Source: an uncultured virus (IMG/VR IMGVR_UViG_3300031994_000100)
Lineage: Duplodnaviria > Heunggongvirae > Uroviricota > Caudoviricetes
Direction: 5' to 3' (one strand)
Virus record (IMG/VR): IMGVR_UViG_3300031994_000100
Length of the DNA stretch: 64,000 bases
Numbering within the stretch: the stretch's first letter is position 1; every line of letters starts with the position of its first letter. Under the pieces are notes generated by a model. The model did no database searches. It was not told the origin of the DNA and saw nothing but the letters and a program-made list of their open reading frames with translations. Below, piece by piece: positions 48,400 through 59,689 of the stretch. The position numbers and the translations under genes were made by a program.

Positions 48400-49326
48400 T
48401 CACAGGCAAAGCGCAGCATACATCTCATCAAAGCCATCTCCGTAGAGGTGAATGTAGGTATTATACGTCACCTGAACGGAACTGTGTCCCATAAGCCGTG
48501 ATAGTATTTTTACATTCACACCCTTGTAGAAGCAATTCGTCGCAAACGTATGTCTGAACGCATGCTCGCCATAGTATGGAACTCCGGCTTCGGAGCAGAT
48601 CTTTTTAGTTTGGTACATCAGCTGCTTATAAGAGTAGCGACGCCCATTATGTTCAAAGACCCACTCCGTTTGCCGGCGTTCCTTCAAAATTTTCAGAATG
48701 GCCATGGCGCGCTTCGTCAACGGTACCAGGCGATTGCTTGACTTTGACTTCGGAGAATCCTGATAAAGCGCCTTCTTATTCGAGGTGGGGAAGACGATCG
48801 TGGCATGTACATGGAGCTTGTTTTTCTCCATCTCCACATCGCTCCATTTCAAAGCGAGCAGTTCGCCCGATCGCAGCCCCGTCTCGATAAGAAAGGCAAC
48901 AGCGAGATAACCAGTTTTGTCAGGGTTACTCAGGACCAGAGAAAGCAGTCTATCCTGATCTTTCTGATCGTAAGCGGCAATGTCCTTGGTCTTCTTCTGT
49001 ATTTTAGTTTCTGTAGGCAGTCTGACACCGATCGACGGGTCCGCTTTAATCAGCTGCATGGCCGCTGCCTGTTTCAAAGGCGAAGTGACAATTCGCAGCT
49101 GCTTTTTCACCCCGCTCATGCTATACCCGGAGTCTACGAGATCGTTAACATACCGTTGGATATCGAAAAAAGTGATAGCGCCAATAGGTTTCTTAGCGAT
49201 CTCGTAAGACTCGAGGGCGGTCCTTGATACTTTCAGTCGCTCGTAAGATGCAGCTTTGATCGTATTGCGTTTGAAAGTATCAAGCCAGGTGTCTATGAAA
49301 TCCAGCAAGATAGTTGATTCGTCCAC
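48400..49326 (-). CDS. int: tyrosine recombinase/integrase
   Basis: TGLRSGEL, PKS, HAFRHTFAT, LMGHSS and TYNTYIH catalytic set; GTG 49326 after GGAGG (ORF open to 49419). Confidence 0.92.
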   Translation of the reverse strand: MDESTILLDFIDTWLDTFKRNTIKAASYERLKVSRTALESYEIAKKPIGAITFFDIQRYVNDLVDSGYSMSGVKKQLRIVTSPLKQAAAMQLIKADPSIGVRLPTETKIQKKTKDIAAYDQKDQDRLLSLVLSNPDKTGYLAVAFLIETGLRSGELLALKWSDVEMEKNKLHVHATIVFPTSNKKALYQDSPKSKSSNRLVPLTKRAMAILKILKERRQTEWVFEHNGRRYSYKQLMYQTKKICSEAGVPYYGEHAFRHTFATNCFYKGVNVKILSRLMGHSSVQVTYNTYIHLYGDGFDEMYAALCL

Positions 49327-49386
49327 TTTGGTTTTTCCCTCCTGCAAAGTGGATTCGCAATTGTCAAGGTGCAAAGGTTCGACCGA

Positions 49387-49416
49387 AGTATAGCTTTTTT
49401 GAATAAACACTGTCAA
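49387..49416 (-). promoter_or_regulatory. sigmaA-type promoter for the integrase
   Basis: TTGACA-N18-TATACT on the minus strand. Confidence 0.55.
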
Positions 49417-49457
49417 CACCTCCTCGTTAAGAAGAGGTGATTTTACGCGAGCGAGAA

Positions 49458-51497
<2,040 letters not shown>

Positions 51498-51533
51498 TTA
51501 ATCACCTCTGTTCCAGGTAAGATAAATTAATCT

Positions 51534-51851
51534 TTATTTCTTCTCCAGATGCTCTTTCCAGAGAATTTCGACCTTTTCCTCGAGCGTAAGCTCTTTGGCA
51601 GCAGGCTTCTCGTCGAGGTTGACGTTGGCGTACTTCAGCAGCTCAGCCCAGGTCTCCGGACCGCACACGCCGTCGATCTCCAAGCCCTTCTCGTTTTGAA
51701 ATTTCAGCAGCGCCGTACGGGTGCCAATATTGAAATGGCCGGAAGGCCGCACGCTGGATCCCCATTTTCCGAGCAGCTGCTGCATCTGGATTACCAGGTC
51801 GCCTTTCGTGCCCATGCAGAGCGTGGGATATGTAATCTTTTTCTTAGGCAT
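51534..51851 (-). CDS. peptidoglycan-binding domain protein
   Basis: GTKGDLVIQMQQLL..FQNEKGLEIDGVCGPETW; similar to the endolysin C-terminus. Confidence 0.85.
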   Translation of the reverse strand: MPKKKITYPTLCMGTKGDLVIQMQQLLGKWGSSVRPSGHFNIGTRTALLKFQNEKGLEIDGVCGPETWAELLKYANVNLDEKPAAKELTLEEKVEILWKEHLEKK

Positions 51852-51986
51852 TTTTGTTACCTCCTGTTTGGTGATTTAAATTATATGTTGCTATGTGAAC
51901 CGTCCCCGCCAACTGTTCAAATCCCGCCGATCCTCTGAGAAGCTTCGTTTTTTCTTTCAGAAGAAGTGACTGCTCCTAAATATAAT

Positions 51987-52199
51987 TTAGGAAATCTTGC
52001 TGTAAGTATCGACGGTCGTGTTACCATTGGTGTAAGTGACAGTGAAGAACTGCACACCGTCGAAAGCAACGCCCTTCTGAACGTCAAGCGCGTTGCTCTG
52101 ATAGATAACCATGATCTTGTCGTCATCTTCAGTAGCGACGGTAGAACGCATCCGAACCTGTTCCATAATCAGCCGGTTGAATTCATCGTAATTAAGCAT
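51987..52199 (-). CDS. hypothetical protein
   Basis: AGGAGG RBS. Confidence 0.5.
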   Translation of the reverse strand: MLNYDEFNRLIMEQVRMRSTVATEDDDKIMVIYQSNALDVQKGVAFDGVQFFTVTYTNGNTTVDTYSKIS

Positions 52200-52222
52200 T
52201 TGTTCAATAAACCTCCTGTAAA

Positions 52223-53836
52223 TTAAATAAATTGAAGAGTTTCGGTCGTCGGGTCGACCGTAAGACTGATAGGGGTGATCAATCCGCTGGAATCAACATA
52301 AAGCAGTTTTCCGGAATTGATAGCCCCTAAATTCTTATCAACTTTTTCATCAATAATATTCGAATCAATGTTTGACTGGATGACTGCCCAATCCAGCCCG
52401 GATGCCTGTGTGCCGTCCGTAACACAGATGATCATATCGCCGACTTCGCAAGCCTGTCCGGCATAGGTTCCGGCGGTTGCGACCTTATAGGTCCACCCGA
52501 CTTCATGTGTATCTGGGAGTGCAGTCACCGTTCCACCGGCACCGAGCGTGCCTTTGAAAACCATCGCGTCATTGGCTGCAAACACTTGATTGACGAAGCT
52601 TTCCGTGGCGAGCTTGTTGCCGGCAGCATAAAAATCTCCGGCCGCCTTAACTTTTCCATCCCATTGCACCGAAAACGCATTATGCCGTACCGTATCGGAT
52701 GCGCCGTTTCCGATAATGAAAGCTTCGGCGCCATCCGAGAGGTTATACCACTTGGAGCTGTTCCATACACTGTCCGAATTGGGCGTTTTACAGCCGTATA
52801 CATTTCCGCTGTTTTTTACAATAGCTCCTGCGACATAACTCTTTCCGGGAATCCAGGCTTCGATATCCGAACCGGCCGCCGGTGTTGCGGCAACGTTGTA
52901 ACTACCATGTGCGGACAGGCCTTTTGTATCAGCAATCGTGTTGTGGCCGCTGGCATGGGAATATTGCCCAGACGCTGTACTGTAGTATCCTTCTGCGTGG
53001 GAATATTGTCCGGAAGCGGTTGTTGCCCCTCCCTCTGCGTGAGAACCCTGACCAGAAGCGGCCGTGCTCATACCCTCCGCATGAGACCCAAAAGCAGTAG
53101 CCGACGTTATGTTTCCTTCGGCATGCGCGGCAGTGGCAGACGCTGTTGTTTGACTTCCTTCAGCGTGAGAGTATCTGCTGGACGCATTCGTATTTGCACC
53201 CTCGGCATGAGCAAAATCACCGGAAACGGTCGTTTGTCCGCCTTCCGCGTGGGCACAATACCCGGATGCAGTAACCTCGTATCCGAAAGCAAAACTGTAA
53301 TCCCCGACATCGGTTGACTCTTTTCGGCCGCAGCTCAATGTCGTGTCGAGAACTGTATTCATTCGGTCCGCTTTACCGGAAATATTCTGATGTTCAGTGA
53401 GAAAACCGCTGTCGTTTGCCAGATCGGATGTTTTTGTCGGAATACTCGGTTTGTCCGTCAGATCGTTGTAGCTGATGATTGGCGCTGACGCGGATGTCCC
53501 GCTCGCACAATTTATAAACCAGGCGGTCCCATCGTAAGTAAAAGCCAGCACCGACCCGGCTGTCCACGAAGAGCTTTCATCAACTCCGACGTGGGTATTC
53601 TCATCCTGATAAATCGGCAAATCGCCGGTTGAATTGACGTTCATGGTCGGGTTTTCGGCCGTGTTGGTATTTGTAAATTTTACCCAGATGGTTACGCCGA
53701 CGATCAACTGATCAAAGTCTGGGCATGATACAACCTTAGCCGCAACGTCGGCCAAGGTTTCGCATGTGCCATAGAGGCTCGACCCAACGGGGACAGGGCT
53801 TCCTCCGTCAATGGAAATCCGAGCTACATAGCTCAT
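52223..53836 (-). CDS. tail fibre with YadA-head-like (xHAEG) repeats
   Basis: About 9 14-aa repeats of type ASGxxSHAEG; SYNDLTDKPSIPTKTSDL motif. Confidence 0.8.
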   Translation of the reverse strand: MSYVARISIDGGSPVPVGSSLYGTCETLADVAAKVVSCPDFDQLIVGVTIWVKFTNTNTAENPTMNVNSTGDLPIYQDENTHVGVDESSSWTAGSVLAFTYDGTAWFINCASGTSASAPIISYNDLTDKPSIPTKTSDLANDSGFLTEHQNISGKADRMNTVLDTTLSCGRKESTDVGDYSFAFGYEVTASGYCAHAEGGQTTVSGDFAHAEGANTNASSRYSHAEGSQTTASATAAHAEGNITSATAFGSHAEGMSTAASGQGSHAEGGATTASGQYSHAEGYYSTASGQYSHASGHNTIADTKGLSAHGSYNVAATPAAGSDIEAWIPGKSYVAGAIVKNSGNVYGCKTPNSDSVWNSSKWYNLSDGAEAFIIGNGASDTVRHNAFSVQWDGKVKAAGDFYAAGNKLATESFVNQVFAANDAMVFKGTLGAGGTVTALPDTHEVGWTYKVATAGTYAGQACEVGDMIICVTDGTQASGLDWAVIQSNIDSNIIDEKVDKNLGAINSGKLLYVDSSGLITPISLTVDPTTETLQFI

Positions 53837-53919
53837 AGTCTCGAACCTCCTTTCGTTTACTCTGTAATCAGCTCATTCATTCCGCTATTTAACAGATTAG
53901 TTATTATTTTGATAAAGGC

Positions 53920-53959
53920 AAGCAGCCCCGCCAACGTATCCCGGAGGCGGGGGCTGCTC
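53920..53959. terminator. GC-rich hairpin
   Basis: AGCAGCCCCCGCC..GGCGGGGGCTGCT-like inverted repeat. Confidence 0.55.
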
Positions 53960-53974
53960 TGAATAAATGCAAAT

Positions 53975-54172
53975 TCAGCCGTTGCTGTCCACCGCGTCAT
54001 TCGCGGAAACCACCAGCATCTCGTTATTTGCATCGTATTCTATTTTCATTGACGATCTGTCGGATGAGCCGCCCTGATGATCCCAGTTTTCTTCCAGGTG
54101 TTGAAGGGCGTCTTCGATGGAACCGCCGGTATTCACACCGGAAAGGGCGTTAATTCTATCAACGATCGGCAT
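53975..54172 (-). CDS. hypothetical protein
   Basis: AGGTGA RBS. Confidence 0.5.
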   Translation of the reverse strand: MPIVDRINALSGVNTGGSIEDALQHLEENWDHQGGSSDRSSMKIEYDANNEMLVVSANDAVDSNG

Positions 54173-54185
54173 CGTATATCACCTG

Positions 54186-54536
54186 TCAAACTGGATGAGG
54201 AAAATCGTAGGGGTAAGGGTAGTGACCGCTCATCTGGCTCATCGCAGCGGAATATCCCTGAGAATAGCCGTCAGCATAGCTCCGACCGCCGTCGCGGCTG
54301 ACGTACCGTCCGGTCATTGGACTACGTCCACGACGCCCGCTGAAGCCTTCTTCAGGCTGTTCATACTCCTCGGCTTCCTTCATCGCCTTATAGGTCGCCA
54401 GGCTCTTCATCGCGTGAGACAGCTTGTCGACCTTATCAAGATCCTGAACAGACATCTCAGAGCCGTTCTTGAACTTCTGTTCCAGAATCTCAAGCTCTTT
54501 GCACATCGCCTTTTCAAGGCTTTCAAACTTATTCAT
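54186..54536 (-). CDS. hypothetical protein of the conserved phage module
   Basis: DKLSHAMKS..RGRSPMTGRYVSRD. Confidence 0.7.
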   Translation of the reverse strand: MNKFESLEKAMCKELEILEQKFKNGSEMSVQDLDKVDKLSHAMKSLATYKAMKEAEEYEQPEEGFSGRRGRSPMTGRYVSRDGGRSYADGYSQGYSAAMSQMSGHYPYPYDFPHPV

Positions 54537-54549
54537 TGTTCATTCCTCC

Positions 54550-55011
54550 TTACGCAATCCTGAGCCTGGTCACCTCAACGTTGAGGTTCCGCAGATTCAA
54601 CGCCGGGGCAGGCGTCGTCTCTGGCGTTGCAGATACGCTTGCGTTCTCAACAGAAACCGTATAGCAACAACAGCTCGGCACATCAATAATGGCGAAGCCG
54701 CTCACGTTCCAGTAATTGTCAACGGCTGCCGGAGTGGCAGCTGAAATGCTGGTGGGAACAATCTCGCCGTCGATTGCCAGAGCAAGCTGAATCTCTCCGA
54801 CGGTTCCGCCGGTAGGCACAGCGATATTGCCGTCATAGGAAACGCGATATCTCGCAAACGGCTGGCATCCCCAATTGGTTCCACGAAGGGTCAGAATCCC
54901 GCTTCCCGGGCGGTGAAGAACCATGCCACAGTTGCAGCGATTCCCGTCGTTCAAAACAGCGGACGCTCCGGGCTGTACCAGCTGCACATCGTTATAAACA
55001 AACTCTGCCAT
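54550..55011 (-). CDS. beta-rich hypothetical protein of the conserved phage module
   Basis: HRPGSGILTLRG, GNIAVPTGGTVG and CCCYTVSVEN. Confidence 0.7.
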   Translation of the reverse strand: MAEFVYNDVQLVQPGASAVLNDGNRCNCGMVLHRPGSGILTLRGTNWGCQPFARYRVSYDGNIAVPTGGTVGEIQLALAIDGEIVPTSISAATPAAVDNYWNVSGFAIIDVPSCCCYTVSVENASVSATPETTPAPALNLRNLNVEVTRLRIA

Positions 55012-55050
55012 GTTTATCCTCTCCCTGTTAAATATCAGTCATAAAGACCA

Positions 55051-55086
55051 AAAAAGAGGCTGCTTCGCCCGAACGAGGCAGCCTCT
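55051..55086 (-). terminator. Rho-independent terminator
   Basis: AGAGGCTGC..GCAGCCTCT followed by a T-run on the minus strand. Confidence 0.7.
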
Positions 55087-55112
55087 AAATGACTAAATTC
55101 CGAGGAATATAA

Positions 55113-55910
55113 TTAAGTTCCGGCGTACCCACCGCATCCGCCATAGCCAAAGCCATTGCCACAGCAGTTGGGATTCTGCACCACGTAAGCAGGCCGCGGA
55201 ACCGGAGCCAGATACTGCTCAAGGGCAGAAGTCTGTGCTTCATTGTTCGCCAGAATCTGCGCAGTCTGCGCGCCCTGAGACGCAGCAAACCGCAGCGCCT
55301 GATTGTCGCTCCTAGCCTGATCCAGCGCGTTCTGCATACCGGCAATGCGATTCTCGTAGTTCTGACGGATTCCGTCGAGCTCCAGCTGGCACAGCTTGTC
55401 CATCACGGCCTTGCTGTTCGCGTCGCAGTTAGCCCGGGTAGCAGCAGCTTCCTGAGCAATGGCAGTATTCAGGCCGGCCGTGGCCAGACGATTCTCGCAA
55501 CAGCAGTTCTGGAAGGAAGACTGCAGTGCAAAATTCTGGTTCATATCAGCCATCTGGCGGTTATTCGCGGAAATTTCAGCCTGAGCGAAACCTCCGGAGA
55601 TCGCCTGATTCACGCCCGCAAACCCGGTGGCCATGCCGTTATTCACACCGGCAAAGCCGTTGCACAGAGCGGTCTGAATACCGTTGATCCCGGTCGTCAC
55701 AGCACTCTGATCGAAACCGCGCTGAATATCCGCGCCAACAAATCCGCCGCCGTTGCCGGCGCCATTCCCACCGAAGCCGTTGCCCCACCCGAGAATAGCC
55801 AGCAGAATAATGATCCACCAGGCGCTGTTGCCGCCAAACATTCCGTCGTTTCCATATCCGCCATAAGCGGGAGCCACGGGCATGTACATTCCATTATTTT
55901 CGGTAGTCAT
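55113..55910 (-). CDS. Gly-rich membrane protein with CCCENR motif (conserved phage module)
   Basis: WWIIILL TM segment, IQRGFDQ, QNCCCENR and PAYVVQNP. Confidence 0.75.
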   Translation of the reverse strand: MTTENNGMYMPVAPAYGGYGNDGMFGGNSAWWIIILLAILGWGNGFGGNGAGNGGGFVGADIQRGFDQSAVTTGINGIQTALCNGFAGVNNGMATGFAGVNQAISGGFAQAEISANNRQMADMNQNFALQSSFQNCCCENRLATAGLNTAIAQEAAATRANCDANSKAVMDKLCQLELDGIRQNYENRIAGMQNALDQARSDNQALRFAASQGAQTAQILANNEAQTSALEQYLAPVPRPAYVVQNPNCCGNGFGYGGCGGYAGT

Positions 55911-56170
55911 CGTTTAAAACATCCTTTCTATATTCGGTAAGTTCTTTTGAGCAATAATCCGACAAAGCTAATTAGCCCAATGGAACCACCGCCTTCCTTA
56001 TAGGTTTTTGCTAGGAAATAGTGTTTTTATGCTAAAATCAGCGTTGCTGACTTAACATCATGAAATTGTCGCTAAGCGACGTAAACAAGTCATCTGCGCC
56101 GTTTACGTAAATAGCGACTCTTCCGTTAAAGCGATTTAGTTTTAGTGATTGATGTGATTTAAAGTGTTAT

Positions 56171-56437
56171 TTAAGTCACAACCTGATTCCAGAACTCAGA
56201 CTTGTCGTGAAGGATCTGAATACCATTTTCCAGACAGTATTCATGCTCTTTGTAGCAATCAACATCGTCTTCCCATTCATCCACAAACCAAGCACAATCA
56301 GCTTTTTCAACGGAATCGACAACAGTGAGCTTCCCTTTTGCTTCCTTTTCCGCTTCTGCAACCGCTTTTTCGGTCTGCTCTTTAATGACCCCATATGTTT
56401 TGTACTTCCGATCAATGCTAACATACAGTTTTTTCAT
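56171..56437 (-). CDS. short DUF4406-like protein, resembling 19963..20301
   Basis: MKKLYVS..ADCAWF..W..C..EH..GI pattern. Confidence 0.55.
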   Translation of the reverse strand: MKKLYVSIDRKYKTYGVIKEQTEKAVAEAEKEAKGKLTVVDSVEKADCAWFVDEWEDDVDCYKEHEYCLENGIQILHDKSEFWNQVVT

Positions 56438-56452
56438 ATCTCATTCACCCCT

Positions 56453-58885
56453 TTATGCGCTGACAACATTCGGCAACCACTTCTTCATTCCAGCCCAGAT
56501 CGTTCTTGCGCTTTGCCTTGCGCCAAGATCGTTCATGTGGATATTGTCCAGAAGGTATTGTGGCGTATTTTCTGAAATTTCACTTTCTTTATTTTCCCAT
56601 ATGATATGCACACCAAGGCTTTCAACACATTTTCCGATTTCCTCATAATATTCAAACTGTGTCTGATTGTTAGTGTTTTTTGCTGTTGATGCAGTGATCC
56701 CTTTGCCATAATGGTCAAGCACAACAAACAAGCTAATATCTGCATTCTGCGAATAGATATAGTTGATTGCAGATCGCACACAGCCGCATACAGATGTTTC
56801 AGCAGTATCATACCAGTTGCCGAGCTTATCATAGTTATGATAGTAATCGTTCACGAAGCCTTCAAGAATACAGACACGTTTGTTGGCAAATGATGCATAC
56901 GATTTAATTCTGGCGAGAATATCAAGTGACGGATAGTCTTCCCGAGCGAGAATTGTCGCGGAACCGATACCCTGATTGTCAAACGTAATCCCGGAAAGCG
57001 CAGGAAGATATTGCAGATAACCGCCTGTTGTCTGCGCCCGATATGTCAAACTTGTGCCGAAAGCTACGCCTTGCAACCAATACCATTCTGAACTACTGTC
57101 TATATCGCTTTCGATATCTGCAAGCCTTTCGCTCAGAGTGTTAAACTCTCCACGGGCATTAACAACTTCTTGAACATTAAATGTAAACGGAGCATCAACT
57201 GAATCGAGCGGCTCATAACTTGAATCAGTTTCATACACGGTAAATTCAGTGTATGTTGCAATGCCGAATATAAATCTTGCGTAGTGTGCATTTATCGGCA
57301 TCAAAAATTTCGCTGTACGGTCGCTTTGATACGATATTTGTCCGCCATAAGATTCATCTTCGTTGTACCACAGCGCGAAAACGTTGTTGAAGTTCGTCTT
57401 GTAATAGTGAGCTCCTTCTACTGGAATCAGTTCAGTTTGCCCTAAAGTCGCCGATTGGTGAAAGGTTGTTCCATCACTGTAATAACCATTCATCAGGTTA
57501 TCTTCGCTATTTTTATTGAAAAGATTTAACGGCTGATAATACTGATAAAGTCCGGTCAACTTGGACAGATCATAAACACGCAGTTCCTCACAGTGTACAT
57601 AAAATGATCCAAGGATCGAAAGCACTATCGGAATCCTACAGTAAACTGCTCCATCCAGCGGAATATAGTATCCAGCCTGTTGAGGATCAATGTACCCGAT
57701 AAAATTCTTGTTTTCGTCATACCACAAAGAGAATGCCGTAGATACATTATTTGTGGTAATTTTCATAACACCGTTTATCCAGATGTAATCGGTCATGCCA
57801 ACAGTTGAGGATGAAACAAAGGTATTTGTTCGATCATAATACCCGTTGTAGACATTCCCTTCGGCATCCGGATCAAACATATTGTAGTATTCGGAACCAT
57901 CTATACTTAACAGCCCAAACTTCTTAAGCAATTCCTGACTTTTCCGAAATACTTGTTGTGTCATTTCAAGGGGAATCTGCGGATTATACGGGACATAAGG
58001 TAGCAATGTTGTTCCTTCGTTGACCATAAAGGAATTTAGAATTTGCTTATTAAACGGTATCCGAACGAAGTATGCCCCATCGGGTGCTGTTATATACCCG
58101 TCAACAGTAAAATCTGTGTATTTGATAAAGGAATCGTTTGAGTTTTTAGAATACCAAAGCACATAGCCGTCTGACGATTTGTTGAAGTTGTAATTCCTTC
58201 CGGGAGAAACGCTGATAAAGCCTGAGCTTCGTATGCTGTTACTAGGTACAAGTGTGTTGGTATGATTATAATATCCAGTAGTTGTAATGTCTGGATCGTC
58301 TTTATTGAATAAATTTGTTACGCCATCGAAAAACGTTGTTCTCTCAGGGTCGATTTTTAACTGTGCATTGTCATTTAATGCGCTCTTTAAATCACTAATC
58401 TCATCCTCAAAACTCACAGCATCCCAATGCGCCGCAGTCCACGCTTCCGACGTGGTAATCTCCTGGTTTGCCACGTACGGCTTATCAGCATAAAGGCAAT
58501 AAGTCCCTTCAGCAACCGGATAGGTCAAATCCTCATACTTGGTAGCGATAATAACCGTATCTCCGCGATCGCCCTTTTCTCCGGTCGCTCCCGTCGCACC
58601 GGTGGGAATGCCAAAAGTAAGCTTCGGAGCTCCGCCGACAAGTGCAGAAGTGACTGTCGGAGAACTGCCTTCGGGAAGTTGAGTAGCGTCGGCAGATACC
58701 TGAACCATATTCGTCCACACCGTCCCGCCATCGCCATCCGAAGCCAGTACCTGACCTTCCGTACCATCCGTGCTCGGCTTATCTAGCTTTACGCTGTCAA
58801 GTTCTGTGATCGACTCGCGGGCAGTTTCATCCTTAAAGTTATAAACCGTTCCCGACAAAAGTCTGATTTTACTAATATCTGCCAT
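56453..58885 (-). CDS. tail/receptor-binding protein with repeated beta-domains and C-terminal SGNH hydrolase
   Basis: Short collagen segment; three NLF..GYY..WY..YxR repeats; SGNH blocks FGTSLT, NQGIGS, GFVND and DNIH. Confidence 0.75.
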   Translation of the reverse strand: MADISKIRLLSGTVYNFKDETARESITELDSVKLDKPSTDGTEGQVLASDGDGGTVWTNMVQVSADATQLPEGSSPTVTSALVGGAPKLTFGIPTGATGATGEKGDRGDTVIIATKYEDLTYPVAEGTYCLYADKPYVANQEITTSEAWTAAHWDAVSFEDEISDLKSALNDNAQLKIDPERTTFFDGVTNLFNKDDPDITTTGYYNHTNTLVPSNSIRSSGFISVSPGRNYNFNKSSDGYVLWYSKNSNDSFIKYTDFTVDGYITAPDGAYFVRIPFNKQILNSFMVNEGTTLLPYVPYNPQIPLEMTQQVFRKSQELLKKFGLLSIDGSEYYNMFDPDAEGNVYNGYYDRTNTFVSSSTVGMTDYIWINGVMKITTNNVSTAFSLWYDENKNFIGYIDPQQAGYYIPLDGAVYCRIPIVLSILGSFYVHCEELRVYDLSKLTGLYQYYQPLNLFNKNSEDNLMNGYYSDGTTFHQSATLGQTELIPVEGAHYYKTNFNNVFALWYNEDESYGGQISYQSDRTAKFLMPINAHYARFIFGIATYTEFTVYETDSSYEPLDSVDAPFTFNVQEVVNARGEFNTLSERLADIESDIDSSSEWYWLQGVAFGTSLTYRAQTTGGYLQYLPALSGITFDNQGIGSATILAREDYPSLDILARIKSYASFANKRVCILEGFVNDYYHNYDKLGNWYDTAETSVCGCVRSAINYIYSQNADISLFVVLDHYGKGITASTAKNTNNQTQFEYYEEIGKCVESLGVHIIWENKESEISENTPQYLLDNIHMNDLGARQSARTIWAGMKKWLPNVVSA

Positions 58886-58887
58886 TT

Positions 58888-59157
58888 TTATCGTCCTCCA
58901 TGAAACGGAAATTGTCCGAGAATCTGCTGAATCTGACCGTTGTCAATCCCTCGGGTCTGCTGAATGTATCCAAGAATCTGCTGCGGATCATTCATCATAC
59001 TGTCCGGAACATCCGGAAACTGCTGCTTTACAAACGCCGCCGGATTGGTCAGCGTCCGTAAAATATAATTCGCTTTTTGAAGCGGGTTATTAAACGCCGG
59101 TCCGCGACCGGACTGCTGCATCGCTCCCGCAAGCAATTGCTGATATAGCGGATTCAC
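58888..59157 (-). CDS. Gln-rich hypothetical protein (conserved phage module)
   Basis: MNPLYQQL..DPQQIL. Confidence 0.65.
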   Translation of the reverse strand: MNPLYQQLLAGAMQQSGRGPAFNNPLQKANYILRTLTNPAAFVKQQFPDVPDSMMNDPQQILGYIQQTRGIDNGQIQQILGQFPFHGGR

Positions 59158-59163
59158 TCGCCG

Positions 59164-59664
59164 TCACCCCCGGCCGTTTCCGTTTGCGTTATTATTTCGA
59201 TTTTGATTTTTCTGCGCATTTTCCGCATTCATCCTGGCGATCTCCTGCTTCAGCATGTCAAAATCCTCTTTCGTAACATACTGACTCATGTCCGCGCCCG
59301 ACTGCTGCGTACCAGACTGCCCACTCATCAGCAGCGGATTCGGCTGCTCCTCAATCGTGTAATGCAGCTTCTGCATCGGATTGGGAATCCCGTTCTGGTT
59401 CACGCTTTTCAAATAAATTACTTTATCGGTGCTGTCCCACAACGCAATCGGACTGTTCGCCGGCCATCCGGCAGGAATCTGAAATGCTTTGGCGCCGATC
59501 TCACCGTCAACCCACTCCATTGCCTTTACCTGCGGAGCGGCGGCGTAAGAGGCCTGGCCGACATAGTTCCCGCTCATATACTGAGGACTCTGCGGAACGA
59601 TAGGGGCCGCCTGAGAATAATTCGGCTGCTGATAAAAATTGTAAGGATTGTAATAATTCGGCAT
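59164..59664 (-). CDS. Gln/Pro-rich hypothetical protein (conserved phage module)
   Basis: EWVDGEIGAKAF..LWDS..IYLKS..YVTKEDF. Confidence 0.7.
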   Translation of the reverse strand: MPNYYNPYNFYQQPNYSQAAPIVPQSPQYMSGNYVGQASYAAAPQVKAMEWVDGEIGAKAFQIPAGWPANSPIALWDSTDKVIYLKSVNQNGIPNPMQKLHYTIEEQPNPLLMSGQSGTQQSGADMSQYVTKEDFDMLKQEIARMNAENAQKNQNRNNNANGNGRG

Positions 59665-59689
59665 AAACGTAACACCTTCCTCAAAAAGT

